A stretch of 64,000 bases of DNA from Clostridiales bacterium (GTDB taxonomy: Bacteria; Bacillota; Clostridia; Christensenellales; Pumilibacteraceae): NCBI GenBank assembly GCA_031276725.1, contig JAISMM010000002.1:1852-65851 (forward strand), written 5' to 3'. Shown one piece after another: positions 1-10,090 of this stretch (position 1 is its first letter; every line of letters starts with the position of its first letter). The translations under genes and the position numbers were made by a program. The notes under the pieces were generated by a model. It saw only the letters and a program-made list of their open reading frames with translations. It did no database searches and was not told the origin of the DNA.

Positions 1-3000
1 GATGTCGTTCGCCTCGTCCTCGATTGTTTTGATTTCGTTCGCGTAACCGGCGGCCTTTTGGGCGAGGCTCGCGTCCGAATTTTTTACAAGGTCGTCGTAG
101 AGGGCCTGGCACCGCGATATGGAATCCTCCGCCGCGAGTTTGTCTTGCTCGGCCTTCGCGCGCATTTCGTCCAAAATGACCTTTGCCAAAACGGAGTCTT
201 CTAATTCGACGACCTTATCGACGTCCATTTTTTCGTTGCTAATATAGTCGTTCGCCTTTCTGCGCCGGCTCGCCAATTCCGCGGACTTATCCGATTTTTG
301 TTTGACCGCCGAAGTGATTTCCTGCTCGCAGGCGCCGATAAGCCCGTTCTTTTCCTTTATGGCGTCGCTCATTCGGGCGATAGCCGCCGAATCGGTCGCC
401 GACAGCAATTGCGACTGAATAGCCGAAACCTCGCTTTTGAGCCGCGACTTTTCGTCGTTTTTGCGCTCGATAACCTCGTTAAGACGGACGATTTCGCGGT
501 CGGAATGTGCAATAGATTCAAGCAACGGCGACAAATACGCGCTTTGACGCTCGAAAATCTGCCTTTCCTTGGCTTTTTGCGCGCGTTCGGCGGCGGCCTT
601 TGCGAGCGCCTCGGCGTCGCGCAAATCTTTTTCGGCCTGAGCGACGGCGCGGGCGTTGGCGCCGCTTTGAGCGGCGATCGTACTCACCGCGTCGGTAATC
701 GCCTCGCGCGTCCTTTGCTTGCCGGCGATTTCGTTTTCGAGCGACAAAACGGCGTTTTGCTTGAACCTTACGTCGTTTTCGAGCGCGGACTTTTCGCCGG
801 TAAGGCGGTCGCGCTCCTTGCCCTTGGCGGCGGCGATTTGAACCTCTAAATCGGTAATCTTATCGGAATACTCCTTGATAAGATTTTCGGTAGAGGCGAT
901 AGTTTCGCCCCGGGCGGCGATATCCGAATCGGTTTTGTCGCGCTCGGCGGCGGCTTTTTCGGCGCGTTGTTTTAGTATAACGGATTCGCGCAACAAGCGG
1001 TCGTATTCCTTTTGCGCGGCGGCGGCGGCGTCCTCCTCGTCGCTGATTTCGTCGTAGACGAGTTTTTCGTTGCCGTTTTCGTCGATAACGATTTTCTTTT
1101 CGCCTGCGGACGGTTTAGTGGCGGCTGCTTCCTCTTCGGTTTCGGTTATAAGCGGCGCGTCGGGGTCGAAGCCCAAAAGGGTTACTATGTCGTCCGTGGC
1201 GGGCGCGACGGGCGCGAGCGCTATGCCGCCCGCCGTTTCCGCTTCGCGCTCCTTATCGGTTTTGCACGCCTCCTCGGGGGTCATACCGACGCGCATATTT
1301 TCGCGGATACGCGCTTTTTCTTTTTCTAACTCGCGGCTCTGCAAGTCCTTGCTCTTAAAGAACGCCCTGCGGGTCATACCGCGCGGCTCGTACTTTTCGG
1401 CATAAATGCGTTCGATAAGCGCCTCGTCCGTCATAGGAATATTGTATTCGGCCGAAGGCGCCGCGCCCGCGGCATAGGAATTTTGAGTATAAGAATTTTG
1501 AGCGTAGGAATTTTGCGCCGCGCCGTTTTGGTAGCCGTAGGACTGTTGAGCGGCATCCTGATAGGGGGGAACGGACGCGGTGTTGCCCATACCGAGCGCG
1601 AGCGTATTAGTCGCCTGACCGAGCTGGCCGGGTACGGGGCCGCCGACGACGCCTTGGGACGGCGACGCGCCGAGTTGCAGCATTTGCGATTGTTGGTTTT
1701 GGACGGCCGCGTACTGCCCTACAAGCCTTTGTTGGGCCTGGGCGGCGGCTATGGTTGAATTTAGCTTGACTATATAGGGGCTTGCGGGCGCGGACGTTTC
1801 GTAAGCCTCGCGCTTGCTGCGGTTGACGGCGCGTATAAACAGCCAAATAATAAGCAAAATGAAGGCCGTAACGATCAGCGCGAAAGCTATTATGATGAGC
1901 GCCTTAGCCCAATCTTGCAGGGGCTTCCACCAATTGTTGCGGTCGAGGTTAACGTCGAGCTTAGTTGTAACCTCGATAGTTTTTAGGTTGCTGCTTTGGC
2001 TTGCGTAGCCCTGAAAAACAAAGGTGATGTCGGTCGCGCCGGACGCTATGGGGTCGATTTCTAAAAAACCGTTTTTGTACTGCGCCGAGGCGAACGCGGC
2101 GTCGGCGAGCGAAACGCTTTTTAGGACAAAACCGTCGCGGCGGATCTGCGTAAACGCCTCGTAGCCCGTAGCGCCGATTTTGAACTTTTTGCCGCCGAGC
2201 TCGATAGGGTCTAGCGTATATTTGCCGTAGACGCCGAACGCCACGGGAACCCCGTAGGTTTTTTCCGGCTCGTTTTCGCCCGGCGGCTTATAGCGGACGT
2301 TGAACTGAATGAACGCCGCGCCGTTCTCTAACGCGGTAACGACGTAGTAGGTTTTGTTGTTGGAATCCTTTTGCGCATAGCAGGTTACACGCGAAACCGA
2401 CGCGGTGTCGCCCGAGGGCGGGCCGGCGTTTTCAAGAAAATAAATCGCGTCCTTAGACGGATAGTCGACTAAATCCTCGGGGCGGACGACAACCGAACGG
2501 TAGCCCGAGGCGGCGTTGCGGTTGGGGTATATTCCGGTTTGGGGGTTAGGGCCGAACAGGTGGGTTTCGGGTATGCCGGCGTTAAGCTCGGTCGGCATAA
2601 AGAAAGTTTCCTTCATTAGGGGTGCGGCGCCGGGCTGGAATCTTACAAACATCCGAACCTCGACGTCGCCGCCTTGCTCCGCGAACACGATTTTGAGCGG
2701 AAAAATTCCGTTCCAAAATTCGTTCATTTTGTTGTCGAGCGTCCATTCGTCCAAGTCCGCCCACTTGAACGCGGCGCGGATATTAAAGGTGGAACCCGGG
2801 GACGGAGCGTCCGGATCGTCGTCGGTGGGGTTGTTCGACGTTATTTCGACGCCCCTGGGGCCCTCGATATTAACGGACTGTATTCTAAGGCGCGACACGT
2901 CGGTTATGACCCACGGAGTGCCGCTTGTGGGGTTGGAGTTGACGTCGGCGTCCTCAAAAATCGGAACGCCGCTTTTGGAGGCGTTCGCGGGGTCGACGCG

Positions 3001-3777
3001 GTGCAGAATGCGGTTAACCAAAATGCCCTCGTTGGGAACGTTCGGGTCGTAAAGATTGTCGCTGGTTAGCGTATAGGTAACGTTGGTGTTGTTTTTGACG
3101 TTTAGAACAAACGGCTCGTAAAGCGCCGTGCCGCTAACGTCGACCGCCGTCAAGTCCGAGTTGACGCCGTGTTTGAAAGGCAGAACGCCCGCGATTATCA
3201 CCTTTTTATCGTAATCGGCGGGAGTCAAATTAAGCAGGTTTTTTTGCGCGAGCGACGCCGCGATTTTTACATCTAACAGAATATACTTATATGCGGCCGT
3301 AGTTTGATTTTGGACGCGGACGACTACCGGAGTTACTTCGACGAATTTTTTTGCCGTAAGCTTGATCGAAGTGCCGTCCGGAGCAAGCTCGATGCCGACG
3401 AACGCCGCACCGGAATTTTCGACCGCCTTGCCGTCGGCGTTTTCGATTACATAAGCGTCGGTATCGCTCGTGATTATGTCCGAAAAAAGCGTGTTGCTAA
3501 ACCTACGGACGGCATACGGGCCGCCCGAATTGTTGCTATTAAGCTCGGATACGGTATTTTCCTGCCCGACCGTAATTTTGCCGTTGGTGTCGAGGTTGAC
3601 CGTAACCGTGTAGTCCGCGCCCGTAGCGCCGCTGCCGGGAACGTTGGGAACCGCGCCCGCGCCGACGGAGACCGGAGCGGACAAAAGGAACGCGACCGCC
3701 GACGCCAAAAGCGTCAGGGCGAACAGCGCCGATATTATTAAGCGTTTTGCCTTGTTTGTTTTAACCGTAATATTCAT
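1..3777 (-). CDS. Large type-I membrane protein, C-terminus beyond the window: signal peptide, ~600-aa ectodomain, one TM helix, Q/N/S/Y-rich linker, long coiled-coil-like cytoplasmic tail
   Basis: Absent from the ORF track because no stop lies inside the window. Hand translation of the minus strand from ATG 3777-3775 stays open to base 1 (1259 codons). GAGGG lies 7 nt upstream, and the ATG is 10 nt after the stop of the upstream gene. N-terminus MNITVKTNKAKRLIISALFALTLLASAVAFLLSAPVSVGA looks like a signal peptide. TM segment ALIIIAFALIVTAFILLIIWLFI is at 1834-1902. After it come QNSYAQNSYTQNSY and an E/K/A-rich heptad-like sequence to the window edge. Confidence 0.8.
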   Translation of the reverse strand, partial: MNITVKTNKAKRLIISALFALTLLASAVAFLLSAPVSVGAGAVPNVPGSGATGADYTVTVNLDTNGKITVGQENTVSELNSNNSGGPYAVRRFSNTLFSDIITSDTDAYVIENADGKAVENSGAAFVGIELAPDGTSIKLTAKKFVEVTPVVVRVQNQTTAAYKYILLDVKIAASLAQKNLLNLTPADYDKKVIIAGVLPFKHGVNSDLTAVDVSGTALYEPFVLNVKNNTNVTYTLTSDNLYDPNVPNEGILVNRILHRVDPANASKSGVPIFEDADVNSNPTSGTPWVITDVSRLRIQSVNIEGPRGVEITSNNPTDDDPDAPSPGSTFNIRAAFKWADLDEWTLDNKMNEFWNGIFPLKIVFAEQGGDVEVRMFVRFQPGAAPLMKETFFMPTELNAGIPETHLFGPNPQTGIYPNRNAASGYRSVVVRPEDLVDYPSKDAIYFLENAGPPSGDTASVSRVTCYAQKDSNNKTYYVVTALENGAAFIQFNVRYKPPGENEPEKTYGVPVAFGVYGKYTLDPIELGGKKFKIGATGYEAFTQIRRDGFVLKSVSLADAAFASAQYKNGFLEIDPIASGATDITFVFQGYASQSSNLKTIEVTTKLDVNLDRNNWWKPLQDWAKALIIIAFALIVTAFILLIIWLFIRAVNRSKREAYETSAPASPYIVKLNSTIAAAQAQQRLVGQYAAVQNQQSQMLQLGASPSQGVVGGPVPGQLGQATNTLALGMGNTASVPPYQDAAQQSYGYQNGAAQNSYAQNSYTQNSYAAGAAPSAEYNIPMTDEALIERIYAEKYEPRGMTRRAFFKSKDLQSRELEKEKARIRENMRVGMTPEEACKTDKEREAETAGGIALAPVAPATDDIVTLLGFDPDAPLITETEEEAAATKPSAGEKKIVIDENGNEKLVYDEISDEEDAAAAAQKEYDRLLRESVILKQRAEKAAAERDKTDSDIAARGETIASTENLIKEYSDKITDLEVQIAAAKGKERDRLTGEKSALENDVRFKQNAVLSLENEIAGKQRTREAITDAVSTIAAQSGANARAVAQAEKDLRDAEALAKAAAERAQKAKERQIFERQSAYLSPLLESIAHSDREIVRLNEVIERKNDEKSRLKSEVSAIQSQLLSATDSAAIARMSDAIKEKNGLIGACEQEITSAVKQKSDKSAELASRRRKANDYISNEKMDVDKVVELEDSVLAKVILDEMRAKAEQDKLAAEDSISRCQALYDDLVKNSDASLAQKAAGYANEIKTIEDEANDI

Positions 3778-3787
3778 ATTGCCGCCC

Positions 3788-6700
3788 TCACACCTTACCG
3801 CCGTCGTCGACGTCGACATCGAAGTCGTAGGTGATAAAATTTTCCTCGGCGAGCTTGGCCTGTATTTGGCTTTCGACGTCCTCGCGCGAGAGCTCCGCCT
3901 TGTAGTCGTCGGTAGAATCGAATTCGACGTCGACGCCGGGTATGCCGGGCTCGAACGCCGCCCCGTCGTCCGTCGCCATAGTGGGCGGAACGCCGGTGAC
4001 CTTCATTTGCGCGAGCGCGACCCGCTTTGCCTCTAACTCCGCTTTTAGATCCGCAAGCGAACGCTTGCCGCCTTTTTTAGTCTTCTTTTTGGCGGCGTCC
4101 TTTACGACCGATTTATCGGCGGCGACTTCGGTTCTTATCGCGGCATTTTTGGCGATAACCGAATTATCGAGGCTGACCCCGGTTTCGGCCTCCTTGCTTT
4201 TCCTCATCTCGTCGAACATTTGGGCGTACTTTGGATTGTTCATTTTTAGACGCGTGCGCACGATTTCGTCCTTTGTGGCGGTATTGTTTTTGTTGTGAAG
4301 TTTGTCGCGCATTTTGATGAGCATTTGATTTTTGCGGATAATGCGGCGCTGTTGAGCGCGTCTGCTAGCGTAGACGCTTACGCGGGCTATGAACACCAAG
4401 AACAGCAGCACGAAGACGGCGATAGCCGAAAACATAAAGATTTGGGAGTATTCGCCGCGTTCGAGCTCGACCCTTATGCCGCTTACGCGCACGTAGAACA
4501 TAACCACGTTGTTCACGTCGTTGTTGTTTATAGAGACGCTTACAAGCGCCATACCGCCGGGCAAATCCTTTGTGGGGTAATCGGGCGTAAACACGACGGC
4601 CGCGCCCGAGCCGGTTTCGATCGGATAAAAGTTAAAGTATTTGTCGTAGCCCTCTTGACCCTGCACCCACGCTATTTTGGCGTTGTCGTAATTCGCGCCG
4701 CCGGGCAGCATCTTCGTAATGTACTTTAAGGGAACGGTTACGGAATGGTTTTCGGGCGAATACTGCGGAATATCGGCGTCGGCGTCCTGACCCTCGAACG
4801 GTTGCTTGTAGACGATTTCTAAGACGAACGCGCCGCCGTCGCCCGAGGGATTTGCCAAAAGCACGTTGCCGGGAACGACCCTGAGCGCGGCGGCGAACCG
4901 CTTGCCGTTGCTTTCGTGCACGAATTTAACGACAACGCGCGTTTCGGCGCCGTCGTACGCGCCGATTACGTTGTTGACCTCTACGCGAACCTTTTCGCCC
5001 GACGCGTCGGAAACTATGGACACGCTTTTTAGGAACGGAATATGGTCGGTTTTAACGGTTTTCCATTCCGGCGCGGAACCCGATTTTTGGTGCGCGCCGT
5101 CCCCGTCCTTAACGGGATCGCCGTTTGCGTCGTACAAAAAGTCGGTTTTTTGCTGAACGTAGAACCCGGGATCGCCCGTTTCGTCGTCGCGGTCGACGCT
5201 AAGGCCGCCCGCCGAAATTCCCGAATCCTGATTGGCGTAGACGACGTACGCCTTTAACTCCTCGATCGGAACGCCGATAGGCGTCGCCACCGAATAGACG
5301 GCGGGCATTTGGGCGACGGCCTCGACCGTAACACGGAAGGAGTCGCTTAAAACCTCGGCGTAGCGCCTTACCGTGTAGGTAACGTTGACCGAGCCGCTCC
5401 TTTTGGGAATAAGACGGAGCGTCTTTTTGTCGTCGCTGACCTTGACGGTCAATACCGCGTCGACGTCGGTATCGGCGGAAAACACGTAGGGATGCTCGCC
5501 GAAGAAAATGTCGGCGAAGGCGCCCGTCGCGGCGTTGACGCGCTCGCGGATGTCGATATCGCGCGGCGCGGATATAGTCAAGTGTTTAAGCGTTTGATCG
5601 GCGGCGCTCAAAAGCCCGAATAGCGAGGGCTTGCAAGTAACGTTGAAATTGATTATTACGCGCTCGGCGTTATCGAACGCGATTTTGTCTTGGAGCGGGT
5701 TGACGGGGTTGTTAAGCTCGCGGCCGCGCCCGAAACGCGTTACCTCGACCGCGAACGGCACGGTGCCCTCCGCCGTCATCGAAAAGGTTATCTCCGAGGG
5801 CGAAAGGTCGATCGAAATAATATTTTTGTATTTATCGAACCCGGCCTTAAACGCCGCGTACGCGTCGGCGGCGGAACCGTCGGAGCCGCCCTTGCCGTCG
5901 TAGGTGAACATAATGCCCGAGTAGTCCGAAACGTCGTTAAAGAAGTAGCCGATAGGCACCTTTACGCTGCGCGCCGTGGAGCCGAGCTCGATATTGGTGT
6001 TTATGGGGTTATTGGTGGGATTATTCTCGGCAAGCGCCTGCGCGTGGTTGTAGACATTGTGTCCGGATTTTCCGAACACCTTGCCCGAATGATTCGACGC
6101 GTCCGTAACGGCCGACTTTACCGTGAGCGACGCCTGAACGTGCAACTTGACGTAAGCGGACGAGGACAGCGTAGAAGTCTGATTCTGACCGACCGCGTAT
6201 TGACCGCCGCTATACGCATACCTGTCGCTAAGCTCTTTAAGCGAGCAACGGAATTTGTCGTTGAGCGCCGCCGCGTCGGTAAACTTGGGCTTGTCGATTA
6301 AGGCGTTGCCGCCGCCGCTACGTTCGTATTCGACCGAACCGGTCGAAACCTTTGCGGAAATTTCGATAACCTCGTAGGTGAATCTAAGCCTTGCCGTTTC
6401 GGTAACTCCCGCGGTTTCGGGGTCGTCGCCGTCGAGAACGGCGATATTGTAAAAGCCGTAGACGTTCCTAAATTCGGCGTCAAAATTCGATTCCGTCCCC
6501 ACAAAAAGCGCTTTGAGCTTATTTACGGTAAGCCCCCCATCGATATAGCCCGACAAATTAAGTGTGAGCGTAACCGCCTTTACCCTGACGTCGCCCGTTC
6601 CGTTTTTTGCTCCCGGGTCAAAAAACACGGCGGTGCCGTCGATTTGAACGCGGTCGCCGTCGGGGTCGCTCGCCAAAAACAGGTATTCGCCGTTATAGTA

Positions 6701-9490
6701 CGCCGCGCCGCCGTCCGCGCCGAGGTAAAAATCAAGGTCGCCCGCTCCCGCGTTCCGTTTGGACGAATGCGGAAAGCCGGGGTCGGCGGCGTAAGCGGCC
6801 GTTTTGATCGTGTCCGAAAGTCCGGACGCGTCCGCGCCCGAATAGCCGTCTACGGCGCTCGTAATAGCGGCAAAGCCCGCCGAAACGTTTTGGGCGGCTA
6901 TGCTGTACGTGTTATTCTTGGGGTTGTTGGGGTCGAGCGGCGGCACGGGGTCGTTGCCCGCCGACGGGGCGTTGTTAAAACCGGAATTCACCGCCGCCTG
7001 CGTATTGCCGACGGTAACGGTAAGCGAAACTTGTTTTGCGTCGTAGAAGTTATTCGTGAGGGTAAACGCCGACGAATGGTCGTAGCGGCCTATCCAAAAC
7101 CGCATAACGACGCTCATATTCTTTGTCGACGCGAGCGGCGTTATCTTAAAGTAGATTTCGGGCTTTGGCGTGCCGTTTAGGGTACGCGAGGCGTCGTAAA
7201 CGGGCTTGACGTCAAAATACTTCGCCGCCGCCTCCGGGCTCATCGGCTTTTCGGGGTCGGAGCCGCTTTTGTAAAAATAGGTAACCGCGCCGACTCCCGC
7301 GTTACTCTGCCCCGAAATAAACGTTTGGATACCGTCGTTAAACGGCGAGGAAATTTCCGTAAGACTCGGATTGTAGACCTTGACGCTGCTCGCGAGCATT
7401 ATTCTGAACGCGTCCGCCGTCGCCTTGCCCGTGATAAACCGCCCCGTCGAATACGTTACGAGTCCCGTCGAGGGCCCCGCCGCCGCGTCCGTTTCGGCGT
7501 CGGTAACGTCGTTAGTTTTTAGGTGGGATTCGAGCGCGGAATCGTGGGTGTATTCGGCTCTGACCTCGACCGTTTTGTCGGAGAGGCTTTGGTAACCGTC
7601 GGCAAAGGTAACCCGCATTCCGCTTTCGGCTGCCGTCCAATTGTCAATCGCGCCGTCCGTGCCGTTCGAGAATTTATCGATAAGCGAAACGGTAAAACCA
7701 CCGCCCGACCGCGTTATGCGGTAGACCTTGCCGAGCTTAGAGAGTGCGAACAGATTGTGGCCGTAGCCCGGAACGAGCGCCGTAATTCGGTTGCTCTCGT
7801 CGTTGCCGTCGTTCTGCCTTAACACGGCGTTAAAATCGACGGTATCGGGCGCTTTGCCGTCGCTCCACGCCTTGACGACGCCACCGGTTAAAAGCGCGGC
7901 GGAAATAAAATTCCCCTTGTCGGCGTAGTCGGCCGCGTTGAACGTTAAGTCCAAATTCAAGCCGTTTACATTCGCGCTGCCGACCGCCGCCGCGTGGGAT
8001 CTGTGCGAAAGGAATTGAATGTGCGACGGCTTTATGTTCGTGCCGTCGACGGCGTACTTTTTGATTTTTGAGCCGTACTGCCCGGCTACGACCTGCACCG
8101 CGTTCGTAATGCTCGTTGGGGTAAGCGCCGATACGTGCGTCCCCACGCCCGCCGCCGACCCCGAGCCGTTTTCGCCGTTATAGGCGTTGCCCCAAAATTG
8201 AACCGTGCCGCCCTTTATATAGTAGCCGTAGCCCGTGCCGAGCGAGATAGCGCTCTGCGGTACGGACGCCGCGGTCGTCGTTTCGCTGTCGGTAAAGCCC
8301 GCGGAGTATCCTTGAACGGACGGACTAACCCCGAATAAATCGACGCCGTCCGTTCCCGATACGGCTGTCGGCGCGCCTATAAGCGCGTTCTTAATTTCGA
8401 CCGGACGCGCCGCGCCAAAATTGAAGTACGCGTTGCGGGTGCCGCCGGAGGCCGGATGAGTATCCGTAATAGTGGATACCGCCGTCGGCGAATTAATTTG
8501 GTAAACCGCGGCGGAGCCTGTTCCGGCTTCCGTAACCGCGGCGGAAATAGCCGCAGTCGTGTTCGGCATATAAAAGTTTCGCCCTTGCAGCAAATATTCC
8601 GTGGCGGACTTCCTGCCTATAACAAAACCCGCGCCGATATACATATCGGTAAAATCCGCGCCGTAGACCTTAGCGCCCCGCGCGCGCGGGAAACCTAATT
8701 CGTAAAGCTGTCTGTAATAGGAACTTCCCCACCCTATAAACTTGCCGGTATTCTTTATTTTGACCGCATAGTTGTCGGGCCCGCCTACAATGTCGTCCGC
8801 GCCCGGCGAAGTGATGTAATCGTTCGGAATAAACGGCACAACCGCAGCCGTTCCGGGAAACACGTATGTTTTGTACTCTATATGCCACGGCTCGTAAAAA
8901 TTATTGTTGGATCTGTAATCGGCGGTATTAACGCCCGTCCTTCTGTACAAGAGTCCCTTTTGCTGTAAAACTACTCCGGTACTCCCGGATATTCCCTCGT
9001 CCGGCTCGTCCTTTTCGTCGAGTCCCCAAGTGAACACGCTGCCATCGTCCGTTATGAACGCGGCGGTCGTGCGCGTTGCGGCGAGCTTTTTTATAACTTC
9101 CTTTGCTTGGTTATTAAGACTGCCGACCTGCCAATCCGTCCGCGCCGAAAGATTGACGTTTATTTTAATAGGATTTTTGGGATAGTACTGCCCGAGCGTT
9201 TTTGTATATTTGTCGTCGTTGGCGGGATTGGCGTCCGTTGTGCCGGACGTATTTAGCGCCCACTCGTCAGCGTCGCCGCGCAGGCTCCAACCGTAAAGGT
9301 CGCCCTTGTATGTAAGGCCTATCGCAAAGTCCTCGCCCGCGACTACCTGCTTAAACTTTATATCGCTAAGCTCCCCCGCCGCCGTCGCGGACTTAACGGA
9401 GGTAAAAGCGCCGAGCGCGAACGCCGTCGTTATAATGAACGCCGCCGCTATCGCGATTAATGAAATTTTATTCCTTTTTTTGATTCTCAT
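3788..9490 (-). CDS. Giant (~1900 aa) type-I surface/membrane protein with N-terminal RCC1-like beta-propeller repeats, C-terminal TM helix and K/E-rich cytoplasmic tail
   Basis: ORF track 3788..9526 begins at a GTG. The in-frame ATG at 9490 gives MRIKKRNKISLIAIAAAFIITTAFALGAFTSVKSATAAGE, a classical signal peptide. Repeats include KGDLYGWS, DGSVFTWGLD, TGKFIGWGSS and GGTVQFWGNAYNGENG. TM segment IFMFSAIAVFVLLFLVFIARVSVY is at about 4370-4441, followed by a 193-aa charged tail. Confidence 0.9.
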   Translation of the reverse strand: MRIKKRNKISLIAIAAAFIITTAFALGAFTSVKSATAAGELSDIKFKQVVAGEDFAIGLTYKGDLYGWSLRGDADEWALNTSGTTDANPANDDKYTKTLGQYYPKNPIKINVNLSARTDWQVGSLNNQAKEVIKKLAATRTTAAFITDDGSVFTWGLDEKDEPDEGISGSTGVVLQQKGLLYRRTGVNTADYRSNNNFYEPWHIEYKTYVFPGTAAVVPFIPNDYITSPGADDIVGGPDNYAVKIKNTGKFIGWGSSYYRQLYELGFPRARGAKVYGADFTDMYIGAGFVIGRKSATEYLLQGRNFYMPNTTAAISAAVTEAGTGSAAVYQINSPTAVSTITDTHPASGGTRNAYFNFGAARPVEIKNALIGAPTAVSGTDGVDLFGVSPSVQGYSAGFTDSETTTAASVPQSAISLGTGYGYYIKGGTVQFWGNAYNGENGSGSAAGVGTHVSALTPTSITNAVQVVAGQYGSKIKKYAVDGTNIKPSHIQFLSHRSHAAAVGSANVNGLNLDLTFNAADYADKGNFISAALLTGGVVKAWSDGKAPDTVDFNAVLRQNDGNDESNRITALVPGYGHNLFALSKLGKVYRITRSGGGFTVSLIDKFSNGTDGAIDNWTAAESGMRVTFADGYQSLSDKTVEVRAEYTHDSALESHLKTNDVTDAETDAAAGPSTGLVTYSTGRFITGKATADAFRIMLASSVKVYNPSLTEISSPFNDGIQTFISGQSNAGVGAVTYFYKSGSDPEKPMSPEAAAKYFDVKPVYDASRTLNGTPKPEIYFKITPLASTKNMSVVMRFWIGRYDHSSAFTLTNNFYDAKQVSLTVTVGNTQAAVNSGFNNAPSAGNDPVPPLDPNNPKNNTYSIAAQNVSAGFAAITSAVDGYSGADASGLSDTIKTAAYAADPGFPHSSKRNAGAGDLDFYLGADGGAAYYNGEYLFLASDPDGDRVQIDGTAVFFDPGAKNGTGDVRVKAVTLTLNLSGYIDGGLTVNKLKALFVGTESNFDAEFRNVYGFYNIAVLDGDDPETAGVTETARLRFTYEVIEISAKVSTGSVEYERSGGGNALIDKPKFTDAAALNDKFRCSLKELSDRYAYSGGQYAVGQNQTSTLSSSAYVKLHVQASLTVKSAVTDASNHSGKVFGKSGHNVYNHAQALAENNPTNNPINTNIELGSTARSVKVPIGYFFNDVSDYSGIMFTYDGKGGSDGSAADAYAAFKAGFDKYKNIISIDLSPSEITFSMTAEGTVPFAVEVTRFGRGRELNNPVNPLQDKIAFDNAERVIINFNVTCKPSLFGLLSAADQTLKHLTISAPRDIDIRERVNAATGAFADIFFGEHPYVFSADTDVDAVLTVKVSDDKKTLRLIPKRSGSVNVTYTVRRYAEVLSDSFRVTVEAVAQMPAVYSVATPIGVPIEELKAYVVYANQDSGISAGGLSVDRDDETGDPGFYVQQKTDFLYDANGDPVKDGDGAHQKSGSAPEWKTVKTDHIPFLKSVSIVSDASGEKVRVEVNNVIGAYDGAETRVVVKFVHESNGKRFAAALRVVPGNVLLANPSGDGGAFVLEIVYKQPFEGQDADADIPQYSPENHSVTVPLKYITKMLPGGANYDNAKIAWVQGQEGYDKYFNFYPIETGSGAAVVFTPDYPTKDLPGGMALVSVSINNNDVNNVVMFYVRVSGIRVELERGEYSQIFMFSAIAVFVLLFLVFIARVSVYASRRAQQRRIIRKNQMLIKMRDKLHNKNNTATKDEIVRTRLKMNNPKYAQMFDEMRKSKEAETGVSLDNSVIAKNAAIRTEVAADKSVVKDAAKKKTKKGGKRSLADLKAELEAKRVALAQMKVTGVPPTMATDDGAAFEPGIPGVDVEFDSTDDYKAELSREDVESQIQAKLAEENFITYDFDVDVDDGGKV

Positions 9491-9595
9491 ATGCCTACAA
9501 CCTTTTTGTCCGTAAAGCCCCGCCACACCTTTATTTTGAGAAAAAAATTGTATAAAAATACAACCCGCCTGAAAATGTGACAGCTATACTTACAT

Positions 9596-9624
9596 ATTAT
9601 AAAACAAATTATGAACAAAGTCAA
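9596..9624 (-). promoter_or_regulatory. SigmaA-type promoter for the giant-protein operon
   Basis: The minus strand reads TTGACT (9624-9619), a 17-nt spacer, then TATAAT (9601-9596), about 105 nt upstream of ATG 9490. Confidence 0.55.
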
Positions 9625-9778
9625 ACATTGTTCGGGCAAGATACAAACTTTTTTTTACAAATTTCAATTATTTTTGAGCCTATTACGCAAAAATCTCCCA
9701 AAAACGCGCCCTTTTTGCCCTTTTTTCCGTTTTCCCCCTTTTTGAGGCGTTTTTTAGCCGCCCCGTCCCGTCCCCAAA

Positions 9779-10085
9779 ATCCCCCTCTCCGGAGGGGAAT
9801 TTTTAACAGTTTACCGCCCGACCTTTTGCGGGCTTTACAGACTTTATGAATATGCGGCAATTCCCCTCTCCGGAGAGGTAACGGCGTAGCCGTCGGGGTG
9901 GTTAAATTACTTAGTGATAGCCGCTTACAAAATTCCCCTCTATGGAGGGGTGGCGGCGAATGCCGTCGGGGTGGTTGATTGTTTTTGTAGGCAATTTATA
10001 GGGGTATTGCCTATCCGCCGTACGGCGGTTTATACATATCGCCTACAAAGTCCCTTACCACCCCGCCGCCTAAACTTGTTCGGAG
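9779..10085. repeat. Cluster of REP-like two-hairpin units (GGGGAAT family), mixed orientations
   Basis: Contains ccccctctccggaggggaat, ttcccctctccggagaggtaacggcgtagccgtcggggtgg and attcccctctatggaggggtggcggcgaatgccgtcggggtgg. The same unit recurs at six other intergenic sites. Confidence 0.7.
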
Positions 10086-10090
10086 CTTTC

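Noticed and set aside
9491-9526. Upstream GTG start (9526) for the giant protein
   Set aside because: It adds MAGLYGQKGCRH ahead of a textbook signal peptide that begins at ATG 9490. The choice remains unverified.
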